Source: Deltaproteobacteria bacterium
GTDB taxonomy: Bacteria > SAR324 > XYD2-FULL-50-16
Direction of reading: 5' to 3'
Assembly (NCBI GenBank): GCA_018645005.1
Contig: JABGPJ010000110.1
Location: 9,620-73,619, forward strand
DNA length: 64,000 nt
Both the position numbers and the translations under genes were made by a program. The notes beneath the pieces are model-generated. The model was not told the DNA's origin. It was given only the letters and a program-made list of their open reading frames with translations, and searched no databases. Positions 37,437 to 49,311 of this stretch are shown here, in pieces. The first letter of the stretch is position 1; each line of letters begins with the position of its first letter.

Positions 37437-37910
37437 ATGTCAAGAAGGCACTCAGCTGTAAAAAGAAAAATTATGCCGGATTCCAAGTATAATAGTCTGT
37501 CATTAAGCAGGTTTATTAACTGCATGATGTTTGACGGGAAGAAGAGCATTTCAGAAAGTATCGTGTACGGGGCTTTGGAACAAGTAGAAGAGAAAATCGA
37601 GGGGAAAACCGGGATCGAGATTTTCAACGCCTCGATCAACAATGTTCAACCCATGCTTGAAGTGAAGTCAAGACGCGTCGGTGGTTCGACTTACCAGATT
37701 CCAGTAGAGGTTCGTGATGAGCGGCGTTTGGCACTTGCTATTCGCTGGATTATCAACGCGGCACGCTCTCGGGGCGGAAAATCTATGGAAGGGAATCTGG
37801 CTGCAGAACTGCATGATGCGTTTAACGCCAGAGGTTCTGCTGTTAAGAAGAAAGAGGATACCCATCGCATGGCTGACGCAAACAAAGCTTTTGCTCACTA
37901 TATGTGGTAA
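37437..37910 (+). CDS. rpsG: 30S ribosomal protein S7
   Basis: '[15 protein letters not shown]', '[13 protein letters not shown]'. Confidence 0.99.
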   Translation: MSRRHSAVKRKIMPDSKYNSLSLSRFINCMMFDGKKSISESIVYGALEQVEEKIEGKTGIEIFNASINNVQPMLEVKSRRVGGSTYQIPVEVRDERRLALAIRWIINAARSRGGKSMEGNLAAELHDAFNARGSAVKKKEDTHRMADANKAFAHYMW

Positions 37911-37925
37911 TCCGAGCTCAAAAAG

Positions 37926-39980
37926 ATGGAACGGACTCCGAAACTTTTGAGCGTACGTAATATCGGCATCATCGCGCACATTGACGCGGGGAAGACGACC
38001 ACAACGGAAAGGATACTTTACTACACCGGCAAGAGTCATAAGATCGGTGAGGTTCATGACGGTGCCGCCACGATGGATTGGATGGCACAAGAACAGGAAC
38101 GGGGTATCACTATCACGGCGGCTTCCACAAGTTGTTTCTGGAAGATGGGAGATCAGGTCAATCAAATCAATATTATTGACACTCCCGGCCATGTTGATTT
38201 TACGGTGGAAGTTGAAAGAAGCTTGCGGGTGCTGGACGGGGCTATTGTTGTGTTTTGTGGTGTTGCCGGCGTAGAGCCGCAATCTGAAACAGTTTGGCGG
38301 CAAGCGAGTTCCCATAGTATACCGCGGATTTCATTCATCAATAAGATGGATCGAACCGGTGCTGATTATGAGAATGCCGTTACAAAGATAAAAGAAGTGC
38401 TGGGGGCACAACCCCTTTGTATCAATATTCCATTAGGGCAAGAAGAGGGCTTTGAAGGAGTGATTGATCTGATTCGTATGAAGGCGGCCTATTTCAGCGA
38501 AGAGAGTCTCGGGGCGAATGTGGTTTGGAAAGAGATCCCCGCTGCGGATCAGGAGAGAGCCCAGACTGCAAGGGAAAAAACGATAGAGACCCTGACACTG
38601 TTCGATGACGAATTGCTTGAAGCGGTTTTAGAAGAAGATGATTTAAGTGAAGAACAATTGTTGCAGAGTATCCGCGTTGCTTGTCTTCGAGATGATATAA
38701 CTCCGGTATTTTGTGGTTCCGCTTTCAAAAACAAGGGCATTCAGCCATTGCTTGACGGCGTTGTCAATTTCTTACCTTCTCCGCTGGATCGACCTCCTAT
38801 TCAGGGAACGGACCTGAAGGGAAAGAAGACATTGGAGCGGAAGCCTGACGCTGACGAGCCGCTGGCAGCATTGGTTTTCAAGCTTCAGGCGGATAGTTTC
38901 GCAGGGCGAATCAGCTATCTGCGTATCTATTCAGGATCTCTGGAAGTGGGGCAACAGGTATACAATCCTGTTAAAGAAAAGAAAGAACGCGTTAGCAAGA
39001 TTTTCTTGATGCACGCCAACAAAAGGGAAGAGGTTGACAGCGCTTCCGCAGGAGAGATTGTGGTAGTGGTGGGATTCAATTTCTCCACCACGGGCGACTC
39101 GATCTGCCAGAAAGGTCATGAGATTGTGCTGGAACGGATTGATAGTCCGATGCCGGTCATCTCAATTGCGATCGAACCTAAGACCAAGGCCGATCAGGAC
39201 AGGCTGGACGATAGTCTGCAAAAGCTTGAAATCGAGGATCCCTCCTTTTCGGTGGGAAGAGACAAGGAGACCGGTCAGATTCTAATCTCGGGTATGGGCG
39301 AACTTCACCTGGAAGTCTTGGTGGACCGACTAAAACGCGAGTTCGGGCTAAACGTCAATACCGGCAAGCCGCAAGTTGCCTATCGGGAAACCATCAAGAA
39401 AGAAGTGGTTGCCAGAGAGGTTTTTGATAAGCAGATCTCAGGCAAAGCAGTTTATGCCGGATGCGTACTGAAAGCAGAACCGCTGTCCCAGGATGAGAAG
39501 AACATTATCGAGGTCGTACCGGATCTCAAGATTAACGATGGCGTACTAATGGCCATTCGAGCCGGAATAGAAGAGGGGCTTGTTTCAGGTGTCATCTCAG
39601 GCTACCCGGTTTTAAAAGTAAAAGTGACAGTTAAAGAAGTAGAGTTCAAGGAGGAGGAGGTCGATCCCACGGCATTCAGAATTGCCGCTGCACTGGCATT
39701 ACGTAAATGCCTGCTATCAGGGAACCCCGTCCTTTTGGAACCGGTCATGAATGTCGAAATTACAACCCCACCGGAATTCACCGGAGATATAATTGGTGAT
39801 TTAAATTCACGGAAAGGGAGAGTTAGATCAATTGAAGATAAAAAAGAAATACAGATTCTCTCTGTAGGTGTTGCTTTATCGACCATGTTCGGGTATCTTA
39901 CAATATTACGCTCATTAAGTCAGGGTAGGGCATCTTTTTCCATGATGTTTGATCATTATGAGGACGTTCCTCCAACTTAA
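37926..39980 (+). CDS. fusA: Elongation factor G (divergent domain IV, spdEFG2-like)
   Basis: 'AHIDAGKTT', 'ERGITI', 'DTPGHVDF', 'NKMD', 'GMGELHLE'; str-operon position. Confidence 0.95.
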   Translation: MERTPKLLSVRNIGIIAHIDAGKTTTTERILYYTGKSHKIGEVHDGAATMDWMAQEQERGITITAASTSCFWKMGDQVNQINIIDTPGHVDFTVEVERSLRVLDGAIVVFCGVAGVEPQSETVWRQASSHSIPRISFINKMDRTGADYENAVTKIKEVLGAQPLCINIPLGQEEGFEGVIDLIRMKAAYFSEESLGANVVWKEIPAADQERAQTAREKTIETLTLFDDELLEAVLEEDDLSEEQLLQSIRVACLRDDITPVFCGSAFKNKGIQPLLDGVVNFLPSPLDRPPIQGTDLKGKKTLERKPDADEPLAALVFKLQADSFAGRISYLRIYSGSLEVGQQVYNPVKEKKERVSKIFLMHANKREEVDSASAGEIVVVVGFNFSTTGDSICQKGHEIVLERIDSPMPVISIAIEPKTKADQDRLDDSLQKLEIEDPSFSVGRDKETGQILISGMGELHLEVLVDRLKREFGLNVNTGKPQVAYRETIKKEVVAREVFDKQISGKAVYAGCVLKAEPLSQDEKNIIEVVPDLKINDGVLMAIRAGIEEGLVSGVISGYPVLKVKVTVKEVEFKEEEVDPTAFRIAAALALRKCLLSGNPVLLEPVMNVEITTPPEFTGDIIGDLNSRKGRVRSIEDKKEIQILSVGVALSTMFGYLTILRSLSQGRASFSMMFDHYEDVPPT

Positions 39981-40055
39981 TTTTCAAATGTTTTTGTTTA
40001 TAAGGTCGGCAGAAAATTAATTTTCAACTCACATTATTTATAAGAGGGAGATGGT

Positions 40056-41255
40056 ATGGCGAAGGAAGCATTTAAGCGCGATAAGCCGCATGTTAACGTA
40101 GGAACAATCGGTCATGTTGACCACGGTAAAACAACGCTGACTGCCCAGATAACGAGAGTCCTTGCCCAGCTGGGGCGAGCCGAATATAAAGGGTACGGTG
40201 CTATCGACAACGCGCCTGAAGAGAGAGAGCGCGGGATTACGATTGCAACAGCACATGTTGAATACTCCAGTGAAACTCGACATTATGCCCACGTGGACTG
40301 CCCAGGTCATGCTGACTACATTAAAAACATGATTACAGGTGCCGCCCAGATGGACGGATCAATCCTGGTCGTATCCGCAGCAGACGGTCCGATGCCCCAG
40401 ACTCGCGAGCATATCCTTCTTTCCAAGCAGGTGGGGGTTCCTTATATTATCGTTTTCCTGAACAAGGTTGATCAGGTGGACGATGATGAACTTCTGGAAC
40501 TTGTAGAAATGGAAGTGCGGGAACTATTAAGTGAGTATGGTTTTCCAGGGGATGACACACCCGTGATTATGGGAAGTGCATTGAATATGGAAGAAACCAA
40601 GGAGGACGACCCAAATCAGGAAGTATTCAAGCCCATCCACGATTTAATCGCTGCTCTTGACAGTTACATCCCAGTCCCCGAACGCGAAATCGACAAGCCA
40701 TTCTCCATGCCGGTTGAAGATATCTTCTCAATTCAGGGACGTGGAACAGTCGCTACCGGCCGAATCGAGCGGGGTGTTATCAAGGTAGGTGAAAAAGTCG
40801 AAATCGTAGGAATCCGCCCGACCCAAGATACAGTAGCAACAGGCGTGGAAATGTTTCGCAAGTTGCTGGACAGAGGAGAGGCAGGTGATAATATCGGATT
40901 GCTGTTAAGAGGAACCAAACGGACAGATATCGAACGAGGGCAGGTTATCTGCAAGCCTGGATCCATTACGCCGCACACCAAATTCAAGGGTGAGGTTTAT
41001 GTCCTGACCAAGGATGAGGGTGGACGACATACGCCGTTCTTTACAAATTATCGGCCTCAATTCTATTTCAGAACAACCGATGTGACCGGTATGTGCCAGT
41101 TACCAGAAGGTGTGGAAATGGTGATGCCGGGCGACCATATCACAATGTCGGTTGAACTGATTTCAAGTATCGCTATGGAACTTGGGTTGAGATTCGCCAT
41201 TAGAGAAGGCGGTCGAACCGTCGGTTCTGGAACGATTACTGAAATTACCGAATAG
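40056..41255 (+). CDS. tuf: Elongation factor Tu
   Basis: 'GHVDHGKTT', 'DCPGHADY', '[11 protein letters not shown]'. Confidence 0.99.
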   Translation: MAKEAFKRDKPHVNVGTIGHVDHGKTTLTAQITRVLAQLGRAEYKGYGAIDNAPEERERGITIATAHVEYSSETRHYAHVDCPGHADYIKNMITGAAQMDGSILVVSAADGPMPQTREHILLSKQVGVPYIIVFLNKVDQVDDDELLELVEMEVRELLSEYGFPGDDTPVIMGSALNMEETKEDDPNQEVFKPIHDLIAALDSYIPVPEREIDKPFSMPVEDIFSIQGRGTVATGRIERGVIKVGEKVEIVGIRPTQDTVATGVEMFRKLLDRGEAGDNIGLLLRGTKRTDIERGQVICKPGSITPHTKFKGEVYVLTKDEGGRHTPFFTNYRPQFYFRTTDVTGMCQLPEGVEMVMPGDHITMSVELISSIAMELGLRFAIREGGRTVGSGTITEITE

Positions 41256-41270
41256 ATCTGACGAGGATTA

Positions 41271-41579
41271 ATGACTCAAAAAATACGTGTTAACTTTAAG
41301 GCCTTTGATTCAAAGCAGTTAGACAAGGCCGTAAAGGAGATTGTTTCCATTGTGAAAAGGTCCGGGGCCAACGTGATCGGCCCCGTTCCATTGCCGACCC
41401 GAAAGCAGAAGATTTGTGTTCTTCGGTCTCCGCATGTAAACAAAAAATCGAGAGAGCAGTTTGAGTTCAATACACACAAACGGCTTCTGTATATCACCGA
41501 AACGACGCCGCAGACGATGGACTCGCTGATGAAGCTGGACGTGTCGGCCGGGGTTCAGGTGGATATCAAACTCAAGTAG
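41271..41579 (+). CDS. rpsJ: 30S ribosomal protein S10
   Basis: 'GPVPLPT', '[14 protein letters not shown]'. Confidence 0.98.
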   Translation: MTQKIRVNFKAFDSKQLDKAVKEIVSIVKRSGANVIGPVPLPTRKQKICVLRSPHVNKKSREQFEFNTHKRLLYITETTPQTMDSLMKLDVSAGVQVDIKLK

Positions 41580-41612
41580 TAATTCAACATACAGTAAAGT
41601 TTAAAGGATTTC

Positions 41613-42236
41613 ATGACTATTTTAAAGGTGTACAATCTTGGAAATCAGGAGACCGGCACCGTTGACCTTCACGACAGCATCGCCGAATCGAAGCTGAATC
41701 CTTTTGTGATAAAGGATGTAGTGGTTTCCTATATGTCTGAGAGACAACAGGGGACGCACAAGGTCAAAGGTAGATCGGAAGTGGCAGGTACTAGAAAAAA
41801 GTTGTTTCGCCAGAAGGGAACAGGTAACGCCCGGGTAGGATCCCTGCAGTCACCGACACGGAGACATGGTGGAGTTGCTTTTGGTCCCGTTCCAAGGAGC
41901 CATGCGGTAGCCGTCAATAAGAAAGTGCGGAAGAAGGCATTGGTATCCGTCATCGGATCCAAAATCAGAAACGAAGAGATGCTGGTGGTTGAGGACCTGA
42001 AACTCCAGGACCATAAAACCAAAAACCTCGTAACAATCCTTGAGGCATTAAAACTCGAAAAAACGCTGGTCGTTTTCTCCGAAGAAGACCCTAATTTTGC
42101 ACTTGCCGCGCGAAATATCCCAACAATTAAATGTGTACACAGCAAGGGTTTGAGTGTGTATGACGTTCTGAATCACAAGAATCTGGTTATGACGAAAGAC
42201 GCACTACTTGATGTTGAGGGGAGGATGTTGAAATGA
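41613..42236 (+). CDS. rplD: 50S ribosomal protein L4
   Basis: 'QGTHKVKGRSEV', 'RQKGTGNAR', 'GGVAFGP.PR'. Confidence 0.98.
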   Translation: MTILKVYNLGNQETGTVDLHDSIAESKLNPFVIKDVVVSYMSERQQGTHKVKGRSEVAGTRKKLFRQKGTGNARVGSLQSPTRRHGGVAFGPVPRSHAVAVNKKVRKKALVSVIGSKIRNEEMLVVEDLKLQDHKTKNLVTILEALKLEKTLVVFSEEDPNFALAARNIPTIKCVHSKGLSVYDVLNHKNLVMTKDALLDVEGRMLK

Positions 42237-42523
42237 AAAATCAATTCGGGTTTATTTCCAATCCATATATTACGGAAAAGGTTCTGTTCCTCAACGAAGA
42301 GCAGAACAAGGTCGTGTTCAAAATTGACAGAACCGTGAACAAGATCGAGCTGAAAAAAGCTATTGAATCTATCTTCAACGTGACTGTCGAGGCTATCAAC
42401 ACCTTGAATGTCAGAGGAAAGAAAAAGAGACTTGGAAAGTGGGAAGGACGCCGCGCCGATTGGAAAAAAGCGGTTGTAACGTTGAAAGAAGGTGACACCA
42501 TAGAATATTTTGAAGGCGCCTAA
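42233..42523 (+). CDS. rplW: 50S ribosomal protein L23
   Basis: 'ITEK', 'WKKAVVTL'; synteny. Confidence 0.97.
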   Translation: MKNQFGFISNPYITEKVLFLNEEQNKVVFKIDRTVNKIELKKAIESIFNVTVEAINTLNVRGKKKRLGKWEGRRADWKKAVVTLKEGDTIEYFEGA

Positions 42524-42573
42524 CCGGCGATCAACGGTTTTTAGAGTTGCACAACAAATACAGAAGATAACAG

Positions 42574-43398
42574 ATGTCTATTAAAAAATACAAACCGACT
42601 TCGCCCGGACAGAGAGGGATGAGTGTTTCCGGCTTCGATGAAATCACCACTTCGAAACCGGAGAAAAGTTTGCTGGCGCCAAAAAAGAGAATCAGCGGGC
42701 GCAATAATAACGGTAGAATCACAACCCGACATCGCGGAGGCGGTCATAAAAGACGATATCGCATTATTGATTTCAGAAGGGAAAAATTTGATATTCCCGG
42801 AAAGGTGGCGACCATTGAGTACGATCCCAATAGAACTGCACGGATCTGCCTGATTCATTATGCTGATGGTGAGCGACGCTATATTTTGGCCCCGGACCGC
42901 ATCAAAGTCGGTGACACTGTTATTTCTGGGGATAATGTGAATATTGACATCGGCAACACCATGCCGCTGAAAAACATCCCCCTCGGAACACTGATCCACA
43001 ATATAGAGCTTAAACCACTCAAGGGCGGGCAATTGGTTAGAAGTGCCGGTACGGCTGCGACCTTAATGGCTAAGGAAGGGCGATTTGCCAACATCAAACT
43101 CCGGTCAGGAGAGATGCGGCTGATTCATCTGGAATGTCGCGCGACGATTGGCCAGGTAGGAAACACCGATCACTCTCTCATAAAAATTGGTAAAGCGGGG
43201 AGATCCCGTCACAAAGGCATCCGACCGACGGTAAGAGGGGTTGCTATGAACCCTGTTGACCATCCGCATGGTGGTGGTGAAGGCCGGACCAGTGGTGGAC
43301 GTCATCCGGTATCCCCTTGGGGAAGCCCGACGAAAGGTGCTCGAACACGTAAAAACAAGCGGACCGACCGCTATATTGTAACTAGAAGAAAAAAATAA
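42574..43398 (+). CDS. rplB: 50S ribosomal protein L2
   Basis: '[10 protein letters not shown]', '[13 protein letters not shown]'. Confidence 0.99.
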   Translation: MSIKKYKPTSPGQRGMSVSGFDEITTSKPEKSLLAPKKRISGRNNNGRITTRHRGGGHKRRYRIIDFRREKFDIPGKVATIEYDPNRTARICLIHYADGERRYILAPDRIKVGDTVISGDNVNIDIGNTMPLKNIPLGTLIHNIELKPLKGGQLVRSAGTAATLMAKEGRFANIKLRSGEMRLIHLECRATIGQVGNTDHSLIKIGKAGRSRHKGIRPTVRGVAMNPVDHPHGGGEGRTSGGRHPVSPWGSPTKGARTRKNKRTDRYIVTRRKK

Positions 43399-43424
43399 TC
43401 TCATAGCCAATAAGGAGATGACAA

Positions 43425-43709
43425 GTGCCTAGATCTTTAAAAAAAGGCCCGTTTATAGACGAGCATCTATTAAAAAAATGCACGACAGCAAAAGCGCAAG
43501 GAGACCGCAAGGTCATTAAGACCTGGTCAAGGCGATCTGTGGTCATGCCTGAATTTGTCGGACTTAATGTTGCTGTCCATAACGGAAACAAATTTATTCC
43601 CATTTTTATTACTGAGAATATGGTGGGACATAAATTTGGGGAATTTTCGCCTACCAGAACCTATCGAGGACACGTTACCAAATCCGATAAACGCAGTAAA
43701 AAGGCATAA
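43425..43709 (+). CDS. rpsS: 30S ribosomal protein S19
   Basis: 'RSLKKGPF', '[11 protein letters not shown]'. Confidence 0.99.
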   Translation: MPRSLKKGPFIDEHLLKKCTTAKAQGDRKVIKTWSRRSVVMPEFVGLNVAVHNGNKFIPIFITENMVGHKFGEFSPTRTYRGHVTKSDKRSKKA

Positions 43710-44072
43710 ATGAAAAAGAATCTTGATAATTCTAAAAAGAAGACGATTGCCAAGGCGTCGATGAGTCATGCACGGGTGGCGCCGCGAAAAGCAAAATTGG
43801 TAATCGATCAGATTCGTGGTTCAAACGTCACGCTGGCGTTAGCAACACTTGAACACACCAGAAGAAGCTCGAATCCGATCGTTAAAAAAGTGTTGGAGTC
43901 GGCTATTGCAAACGCCGTCGAAAAGGACAGCAGCGTTAACCCGGATGAATTGGTGATTACCGAAGCCCGGGTGGATAAAGGCCGAACATTGAAAAGAATT
44001 AGGCCCAGAGCCATGGGACGCGCATCGCAGATTTTGAAACGATCGAGTCATATCTCCCTGTCAGTGGGTTAA
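43710..44072 (+). CDS. rplV: 50S ribosomal protein L22
   Basis: 'SAIANA', 'RPRAMGRA..I.KR.SHI'. Confidence 0.98.
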   Translation: MKKNLDNSKKKTIAKASMSHARVAPRKAKLVIDQIRGSNVTLALATLEHTRRSSNPIVKKVLESAIANAVEKDSSVNPDELVITEARVDKGRTLKRIRPRAMGRASQILKRSSHISLSVG

Positions 44073-44124
44073 GATCGCATCAGTCAAAGATAACAAAATC
44101 CTGTAAAATATTGGGAGGAAAAAG

Positions 44125-44799
44125 TTGGGACAAAAAGTTAACCCCATTGGACTTAGGTTAGGAATTACAAAGTCCTGGCAATCCAATTGGTACGCGGAAA
44201 AGAAGTACGGCAGTATTCTTTTGGAAGATATCAAAATTAAGAAGTATATCAGTAGGACCCTGAAACATGCGGGTATCGCAAACATCGAGATTGAAAGGGC
44301 TGCAAAAAGTCTGAAAATCTATATTCACGCCATGCGCCCCGGTATCATCATCGGTCGCAAAGGTGAGGAAGCAGACAAAGTCAAAAAGAACATCGCGAAA
44401 ATCGTTGGTCATGAAGATCTGGTCGTCAATATTAAAGAAGTCAGAAGACCGGAAATCGACGCCCAACTGATCGCGAATAACATCGCCATGCAGTTGGAAC
44501 GCCGGGTAGCGTTTCGCCGGGTGATGAAAAAGACACTGCAAAATGTGATGCGGTTCAATGTGACGGGTTGCAAGATCATGGTTGCGGGAAGACTGAACGG
44601 TGCAGAAATGGCACGGACCGAATGGATTCTGGAGGGTCGAATACCTTTGCACACGCTAAAAGCGGATATCAATTATGCGGTTTGCAAGGCCAAAACAATC
44701 TACGGAATTATTGGTGTAAAAGTTTGGGTCTTCAACGAACAAATAGAAGTCGAATCGCAGGTGCGAAGAAGACGAAGAAAGTTTAAAAGGGAGAAATAG
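44125..44799 (+). CDS. rpsC: 30S ribosomal protein S3
   Basis: '[12 protein letters not shown]', '[10 protein letters not shown]', 'GRIPLHTL'. Confidence 0.99.
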   Translation: MGQKVNPIGLRLGITKSWQSNWYAEKKYGSILLEDIKIKKYISRTLKHAGIANIEIERAAKSLKIYIHAMRPGIIIGRKGEEADKVKKNIAKIVGHEDLVVNIKEVRRPEIDAQLIANNIAMQLERRVAFRRVMKKTLQNVMRFNVTGCKIMVAGRLNGAEMARTEWILEGRIPLHTLKADINYAVCKAKTIYGIIGVKVWVFNEQIEVESQVRRRRRKFKREK

Positions 44800-44801
44800 T
44801 C

Positions 44802-45212
44802 ATGTTAATGCCGTCAAGGACGAAATATCGAAAACGCCAAACCGGACGTAACCGAGGTGAAGCTTCTCGAGGCAACCAGATTAGTTTTGGTTCCCTGGCG
44901 ATCCAGGCGACCGGTCGTGGATTTTTGAACTCCAGACAAATTGAAGCTGGAAGACGGGCAATGACCCGTTTTGTAAAAAGGGATGGAAAGATCTGGATTC
45001 GCGTGTTTCCGGATAAACCAATCTCTAAAAAGCCTGCTGAAACGAGGATGGGAAAGGGAAAAGGATCTGTAGATCAATGGGTCTGCGCAATCAAACCGGG
45101 ACGTATTATTTTTGAGATAGAAGGCGTCAGTCCAGCAATCGCAAGAGAAGCATTCAAACTGGCACAATATAAGTTGCCTATTAAGACAACCATCATCGAA
45201 AGAGAGGATTAA
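44802..45212 (+). CDS. rplP: 50S ribosomal protein L16
   Basis: '[12 protein letters not shown]'. Confidence 0.99.
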   Translation: MLMPSRTKYRKRQTGRNRGEASRGNQISFGSLAIQATGRGFLNSRQIEAGRRAMTRFVKRDGKIWIRVFPDKPISKKPAETRMGKGKGSVDQWVCAIKPGRIIFEIEGVSPAIAREAFKLAQYKLPIKTTIIERED

Positions 45213-45214
45213 TC

Positions 45215-45397
45215 ATGAAAGCTTCCGAACTCAGGCAGCTCTCAAAGGAAGATCTGAAGGCAAAAGTTGTTAGCCTTGAGGAAAACCTTTTTCGATTACG
45301 CTGTAATAAGAGCATTGGACAACTGGAAGACACATCAGCTTTAAAAATTGCCTGTAAAGATATCGCCCGGGCGAAAACCGTGTTGAACGAGAATTGA
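45215..45397 (+). CDS. rpmC: 50S ribosomal protein L29
   Basis: 'KASELR', 'KDIARAKT'; synteny. Confidence 0.96.
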   Translation: MKASELRQLSKEDLKAKVVSLEENLFRLRCNKSIGQLEDTSALKIACKDIARAKTVLNEN

Positions 45398-45430
45398 AAT
45401 CGATGTTTATATTTTGGACAATAAACGAGT

Positions 45431-45703
45431 ATGAGTGACAATAAAAAAACAATCCAAAGACGGAAAAAGGTTCTTCAGGGTGTGATCGTCAGTGACAAGA
45501 TGGAAAAAACCGCTGTCGCGCTGGTCAAACGAACCGTTCAGCACCCTCTATATAAAAGAACAGTCAGAAGATCCAAAAAGTACAAGATCCACGATGAGCA
45601 GGACGTATGTCAGATTGGAGATCATGTACGTCTGATCGAATGCAAGCCGATCAGCAAAGACAAACGCTGGCGTCTGCTAGATGTTGTACGGAAGGCGGTC
45701 TAG
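45431..45703 (+). CDS. rpsQ: 30S ribosomal protein S17
   Basis: 'VSDKMEKT', 'HPLYK', 'KPISKDKRW'. Confidence 0.98.
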   Translation: MSDNKKTIQRRKKVLQGVIVSDKMEKTAVALVKRTVQHPLYKRTVRRSKKYKIHDEQDVCQIGDHVRLIECKPISKDKRWRLLDVVRKAV

Positions 45704-45744
45704 GAGAACCCGTCTTAATTATTTGAAAAACAGGAGATTATTCG

Positions 45745-46113
45745 ATGATTCAAACACAATCACGGATGGAGGTCGCTGATAACTCGGGCGCCAAAGAGAT
45801 TATGTGTATTAAGGTGCTCGGTGGTTCAGGTAGACGCTACGCGAGAATCGGTGATGTCATCGTGGCGTCGGTCAAACAGGCTGCACCCCGCGGGAAAGTG
45901 AAATCCGGTGAAATCGTCAAGGCAGTTATCGTGCGTACCGCTTATGCAACACAAAGAAACGATGGGACGGCCATTCGTTTTGATACTAACGCTGCAGTCA
46001 TTCTGGACCCTAAAATGGAACCGATTGGTACCCGGATTTTCGGACCAGTCGGTAGGGAACTGCGGTCAAAAAACTTTATGAAAATCGTTTCGTTAGCCCC
46101 CGAAGTGGTTTAA
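45745..46113 (+). CDS. rplN: 50S ribosomal protein L14
   Basis: 'VADNSGAK', 'GTRIFGPV', 'SLAPEV'. Confidence 0.99.
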   Translation: MIQTQSRMEVADNSGAKEIMCIKVLGGSGRRYARIGDVIVASVKQAAPRGKVKSGEIVKAVIVRTAYATQRNDGTAIRFDTNAAVILDPKMEPIGTRIFGPVGRELRSKNFMKIVSLAPEVV

Positions 46114-46131
46114 CGCTAGATCGAGATACTT

Positions 46132-46488
46132 ATGAAAAAAAGCAATAAAAAGGGAGAAGTCCGTCAAAAGATGAAACTCCTTTTAAAAAAAGACGATGTA
46201 GTGGAGGTGATCAGTGGCAAGGATAAAGGCACCACAGGGAAAATCCTCAGTATAGATCGCTATAACGCCCGCGTGATTGTCGAAGGTGTCAATATTGTCA
46301 CCAAGCACGTAAAACCGACTCAGGCCGGGCAGGAAGGGAGAATTGAAAAATTTGAAGCCCCCATTCATTACTCCAACGTATTGTTATTTTGCAAAGAGAG
46401 CGGAAAAGGCGAACGGCTGAAAATTCGAATCAACGATGATAAATCCAAAACCAGGATGTTCGCAAAATCCGATATTGCAGTCGATTAA
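46132..46488 (+). CDS. rplX: 50S ribosomal protein L24
   Basis: 'VISGKDKG', 'EAPIHYSNV'. Confidence 0.98.
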   Translation: MKKSNKKGEVRQKMKLLLKKDDVVEVISGKDKGTTGKILSIDRYNARVIVEGVNIVTKHVKPTQAGQEGRIEKFEAPIHYSNVLLFCKESGKGERLKIRINDDKSKTRMFAKSDIAVD

Positions 46489-46500
46489 TTGAGGTCAAAC

Positions 46501-47043
46501 GTGTCTACACTAATTGAAAAGTATAAAAGCTCCGTCATTGATATCCTGCAGAAGGAGATCGGCTATAAAAATACCCATCAGATCCCGAAAATAACCAAAG
46601 TCGTGATCAACGTTGGTGCCGGGGAAGCGATCCAGAATGTCAAATGCCTGGATGTGATTCAAGAATATATCGGAGAGATTGCCGGGCAGAAACCGATAGT
46701 CAGAAAAGCAAAAAAGTCAATTGCCGGGTTTAAGTTGCGCGAAGGGATGCCTATAGGTGTCAAGGTCACTTTACGCAGGCAGCGTATGTACGACTTTCTG
46801 GAACGGTTGATCAATACGACACTACCACGGGTACGGGATTTCAACGGAATCTCTGCGAAAGCCTTTGACGGTGCGGGAAATTACACCCTCGGAATCAAGG
46901 AACAGCTCGTTTTTCCAGAAGTCAACTACGAAAAAATCGATCAAGTGCGTGGAATGAACATCACGATCGTTACAACTGCTAAGTCCGATGATGAAGCCAG
47001 ATTATTGCTTTCATCTTTAGGGTTACCATTTAGAAAAAGTTAG
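46501..47043 (+). CDS. rplE: 50S ribosomal protein L5
   Basis: '[10 protein letters not shown]', 'LPRVRDF.G'. GTG 46501 with upstream 'gagg' preferred over TTG 46489. Confidence 0.98.
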   Translation: MSTLIEKYKSSVIDILQKEIGYKNTHQIPKITKVVINVGAGEAIQNVKCLDVIQEYIGEIAGQKPIVRKAKKSIAGFKLREGMPIGVKVTLRRQRMYDFLERLINTTLPRVRDFNGISAKAFDGAGNYTLGIKEQLVFPEVNYEKIDQVRGMNITIVTTAKSDDEARLLLSSLGLPFRKS

Positions 47044-47052
47044 GATATCGAT

Positions 47053-47238
47053 ATGGCGAAAAAGTCTTGGATAGCAAAACAAAAAAGACCAAAAAAGTTC
47101 AAAGTTAGAGAATACAACCGATGTGCCATTTGCGGCAGATCCAGGAGCTACATCAGAAAATTTGGTGTCTGCCGGATCTGTTTCAGAATTCGAGCGGGGT
47201 TCGGTCAATTGCCGGGTGTTACAAAATCCAGCTGGTGA
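47053..47238 (+). CDS. rpsN: 30S ribosomal protein S14, zinc-binding type Z
   Basis: 61 aa with CAIC...CRIC. Confidence 0.98.
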   Translation: MAKKSWIAKQKRPKKFKVREYNRCAICGRSRSYIRKFGVCRICFRIRAGFGQLPGVTKSSW

Positions 47239-47294
47239 TCAAAATTCTATTCTTGAAAATCAAACTGTTAATTCAGTAGTTACTGAGAGTACAT

Positions 47295-47693
47295 ATGTCA
47301 ATGTCTGATCCGATTGCGGATATGCTGACGCGCATTCGCAACGCAATACTGAGAGAGCACAAACAAGTTACGATCCCCTCCTCAAAAATTAAGGAGAACA
47401 TCGCCAAAGTGCTGGCGGCAGAGGGATTTATCAACGATTACAATGTTCAAGCAGCCGGTGTCGGGAACGAACTGGTCATTCAACTGAGATACGATAGCAA
47501 GGGCGAACCGGTCATAAGAAGCGTCCAGCGTGTGAGCAAGCCCGGACTTCGAATATTTAAAGGGGCTAAAGAGATCAAACCGCTGTTGAACGGACAGGGA
47601 ATCTACATCATTTCCACATCCAATGGCGTCATGTCAGATGCCCAGTGTCGACAAGAAATGGTCGGTGGCGAAGTGATGTGTGCCGTAAGCTAA
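47295..47693 (+). CDS. rpsH: 30S ribosomal protein S8
   Basis: 'DPIADMLTRIRNA', 'RVSKPGLR'. Confidence 0.99.
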   Translation: MSMSDPIADMLTRIRNAILREHKQVTIPSSKIKENIAKVLAAEGFINDYNVQAAGVGNELVIQLRYDSKGEPVIRSVQRVSKPGLRIFKGAKEIKPLLNGQGIYIISTSNGVMSDAQCRQEMVGGEVMCAVS

Positions 47694-47726
47694 AGGTGGC
47701 GCTAAATAGATCAAGGAGAAATAGTA

Positions 47727-48269
47727 ATGTCAAGACTGGGAAAACTGCCGATCGCTTTTGATTCAAAAGTCAAGGCTGATTTTAAGGACGATGTGCTTAA
47801 AATCAAAGGGAATAACGGGGAGATGACTTTCAAAGTCCCCGCAGATGTCTCTTTGACTGTCACAAAAGAGAGTATTAAGGTCGATGCTGACCTGGAAACC
47901 GCTAATGGCCGGTCAATGGTCGGTACTGTAGCGTCCATTATCAAGAGCATGATTCATGGTGTGACAGAAGGATTTACGACCGTTTTGGAACTGGTTGGTG
48001 TCGGGTACAGAGCGCAGATTAGCGGGCAGAAATTGACTCTTCTGCTGGGATATTCCCATCCTGTAGAGTACAATCTGCCAAAAGTGGTTAAAGGTGAAGT
48101 TGAAGCGACGACTAAGATCATTCTGAAAAGCTGTGACAAACAGGTTTTGGGTCAAACAGCGGCGGAAATAAGGAAATACAGACCACCCGAGCCATACAAG
48201 GGCAAAGGAATCCTTTTTGAAGGCGAACAGGTCAAACGCAAGGCAGGAAAAGCGGCTAAGGCGTCTTAA
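47727..48269 (+). CDS. rplF: 50S ribosomal protein L6
   Basis: 'GVGYRA', 'RPPEPYKGKG'. Confidence 0.99.
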   Translation: MSRLGKLPIAFDSKVKADFKDDVLKIKGNNGEMTFKVPADVSLTVTKESIKVDADLETANGRSMVGTVASIIKSMIHGVTEGFTTVLELVGVGYRAQISGQKLTLLLGYSHPVEYNLPKVVKGEVEATTKIILKSCDKQVLGQTAAEIRKYRPPEPYKGKGILFEGEQVKRKAGKAAKAS

Positions 48270-48394
48270 GAAACTGTTTGGGTTTATCACATCATAGTAT
48301 ACTGAAAGCGGATTTGCCGGATATCAGAACCGGTGTGTTACTGCCGGCAACACTGCTCACAGAGTTAACCGATCAATTATAGCTTGGTAAGTTA

Positions 48395-48766
48395 ATGGAA
48401 GCTGCAAAGAAAAGAATTCTGACAAGAAAAAGAAACAAGGTGCACGTCAGAAAACGCATCAGTGGGACAGAATCCCGTCCCAGGGTATCCGTATTCAGAA
48501 GCACAAAACATATCTACGTACAAGCCATCGATGACGTCAATGGCGTTGTGATCGCCTGTACCTCCTCGCTGGGAAAAGATGCGAAGGGAAAAATTGCAGG
48601 ATACACCGGGAACAAAGCGGCAGCAGAAACTGTCGGCAAGATGTTCGGAGAAGTGTTGAAAACGAAGGGCGTCGAAAAAATAGTCTTTGACCGTAACGGA
48701 TTCCTCTACCACGGCAGGATAAAAAGCCTGGCAGACGGTATTCGAGAAGCGGGTTTACAATTCTAA
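48395..48766 (+). CDS. rplR: 50S ribosomal protein L18
   Basis: 'RPRVSVFRS', 'FDRNGFLYHGR'. Confidence 0.99.
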   Translation: MEAAKKRILTRKRNKVHVRKRISGTESRPRVSVFRSTKHIYVQAIDDVNGVVIACTSSLGKDAKGKIAGYTGNKAAAETVGKMFGEVLKTKGVEKIVFDRNGFLYHGRIKSLADGIREAGLQF

Positions 48767-48798
48767 AAAGCGAAAAATTACAAATTTTGAGGTAAATT

Positions 48799-49302
48799 TT
48801 GGCAGAAAAAGAAAAGAGCGATCTGATCGAAAAAGTCATTGAGGTCAAACGGGTCTCAAAAGTTGTCAAAGGTGGACGCCGGTTCAGTTTCAGCGCACTT
48901 GTCGTGGTTGGAGATGGCAAGGGACGTGTCGGTACCGGTTTGGGTAAAGCCAACGAGGTAATCGAAGCCGTGCGTAAAGGTACGGAAAAGGCTCAAAAGG
49001 CGATGAACGCATACAGCCTATACAAAAACAGTATTCCGCACCACGTGATCGGAAAACACGGTGCTGCCAAAGTATTAATGAAACCCTCACAGCCCGGGAG
49101 TGGAATTATTTCGTCAGGCGCTGTCAGGGCTGTTGTAGAGGCGATTGGCATAAAAGATATCAACGCTAAGGCGCTGGGATCAGCTAATGTTAATAATCTG
49201 GTTCAAGCAACAGTGAACGGGTTGAAACAGCTGAAGAGCTTCGGTGAAGTTGCCGAGAGAAGAAACAAAACCACTGAGGAAGTTTGTTTAATTGACTTTT
49301 AA
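48799..49302 (+). CDS. rpsE: 30S ribosomal protein S5
   Basis: '[19 protein letters not shown]'. Confidence 0.99.
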   Translation: MAEKEKSDLIEKVIEVKRVSKVVKGGRRFSFSALVVVGDGKGRVGTGLGKANEVIEAVRKGTEKAQKAMNAYSLYKNSIPHHVIGKHGAAKVLMKPSQPGSGIISSGAVRAVVEAIGIKDINAKALGSANVNNLVQATVNGLKQLKSFGEVAERRNKTTEEVCLIDF

Positions 49303-49311
49303 GAAAAAATC

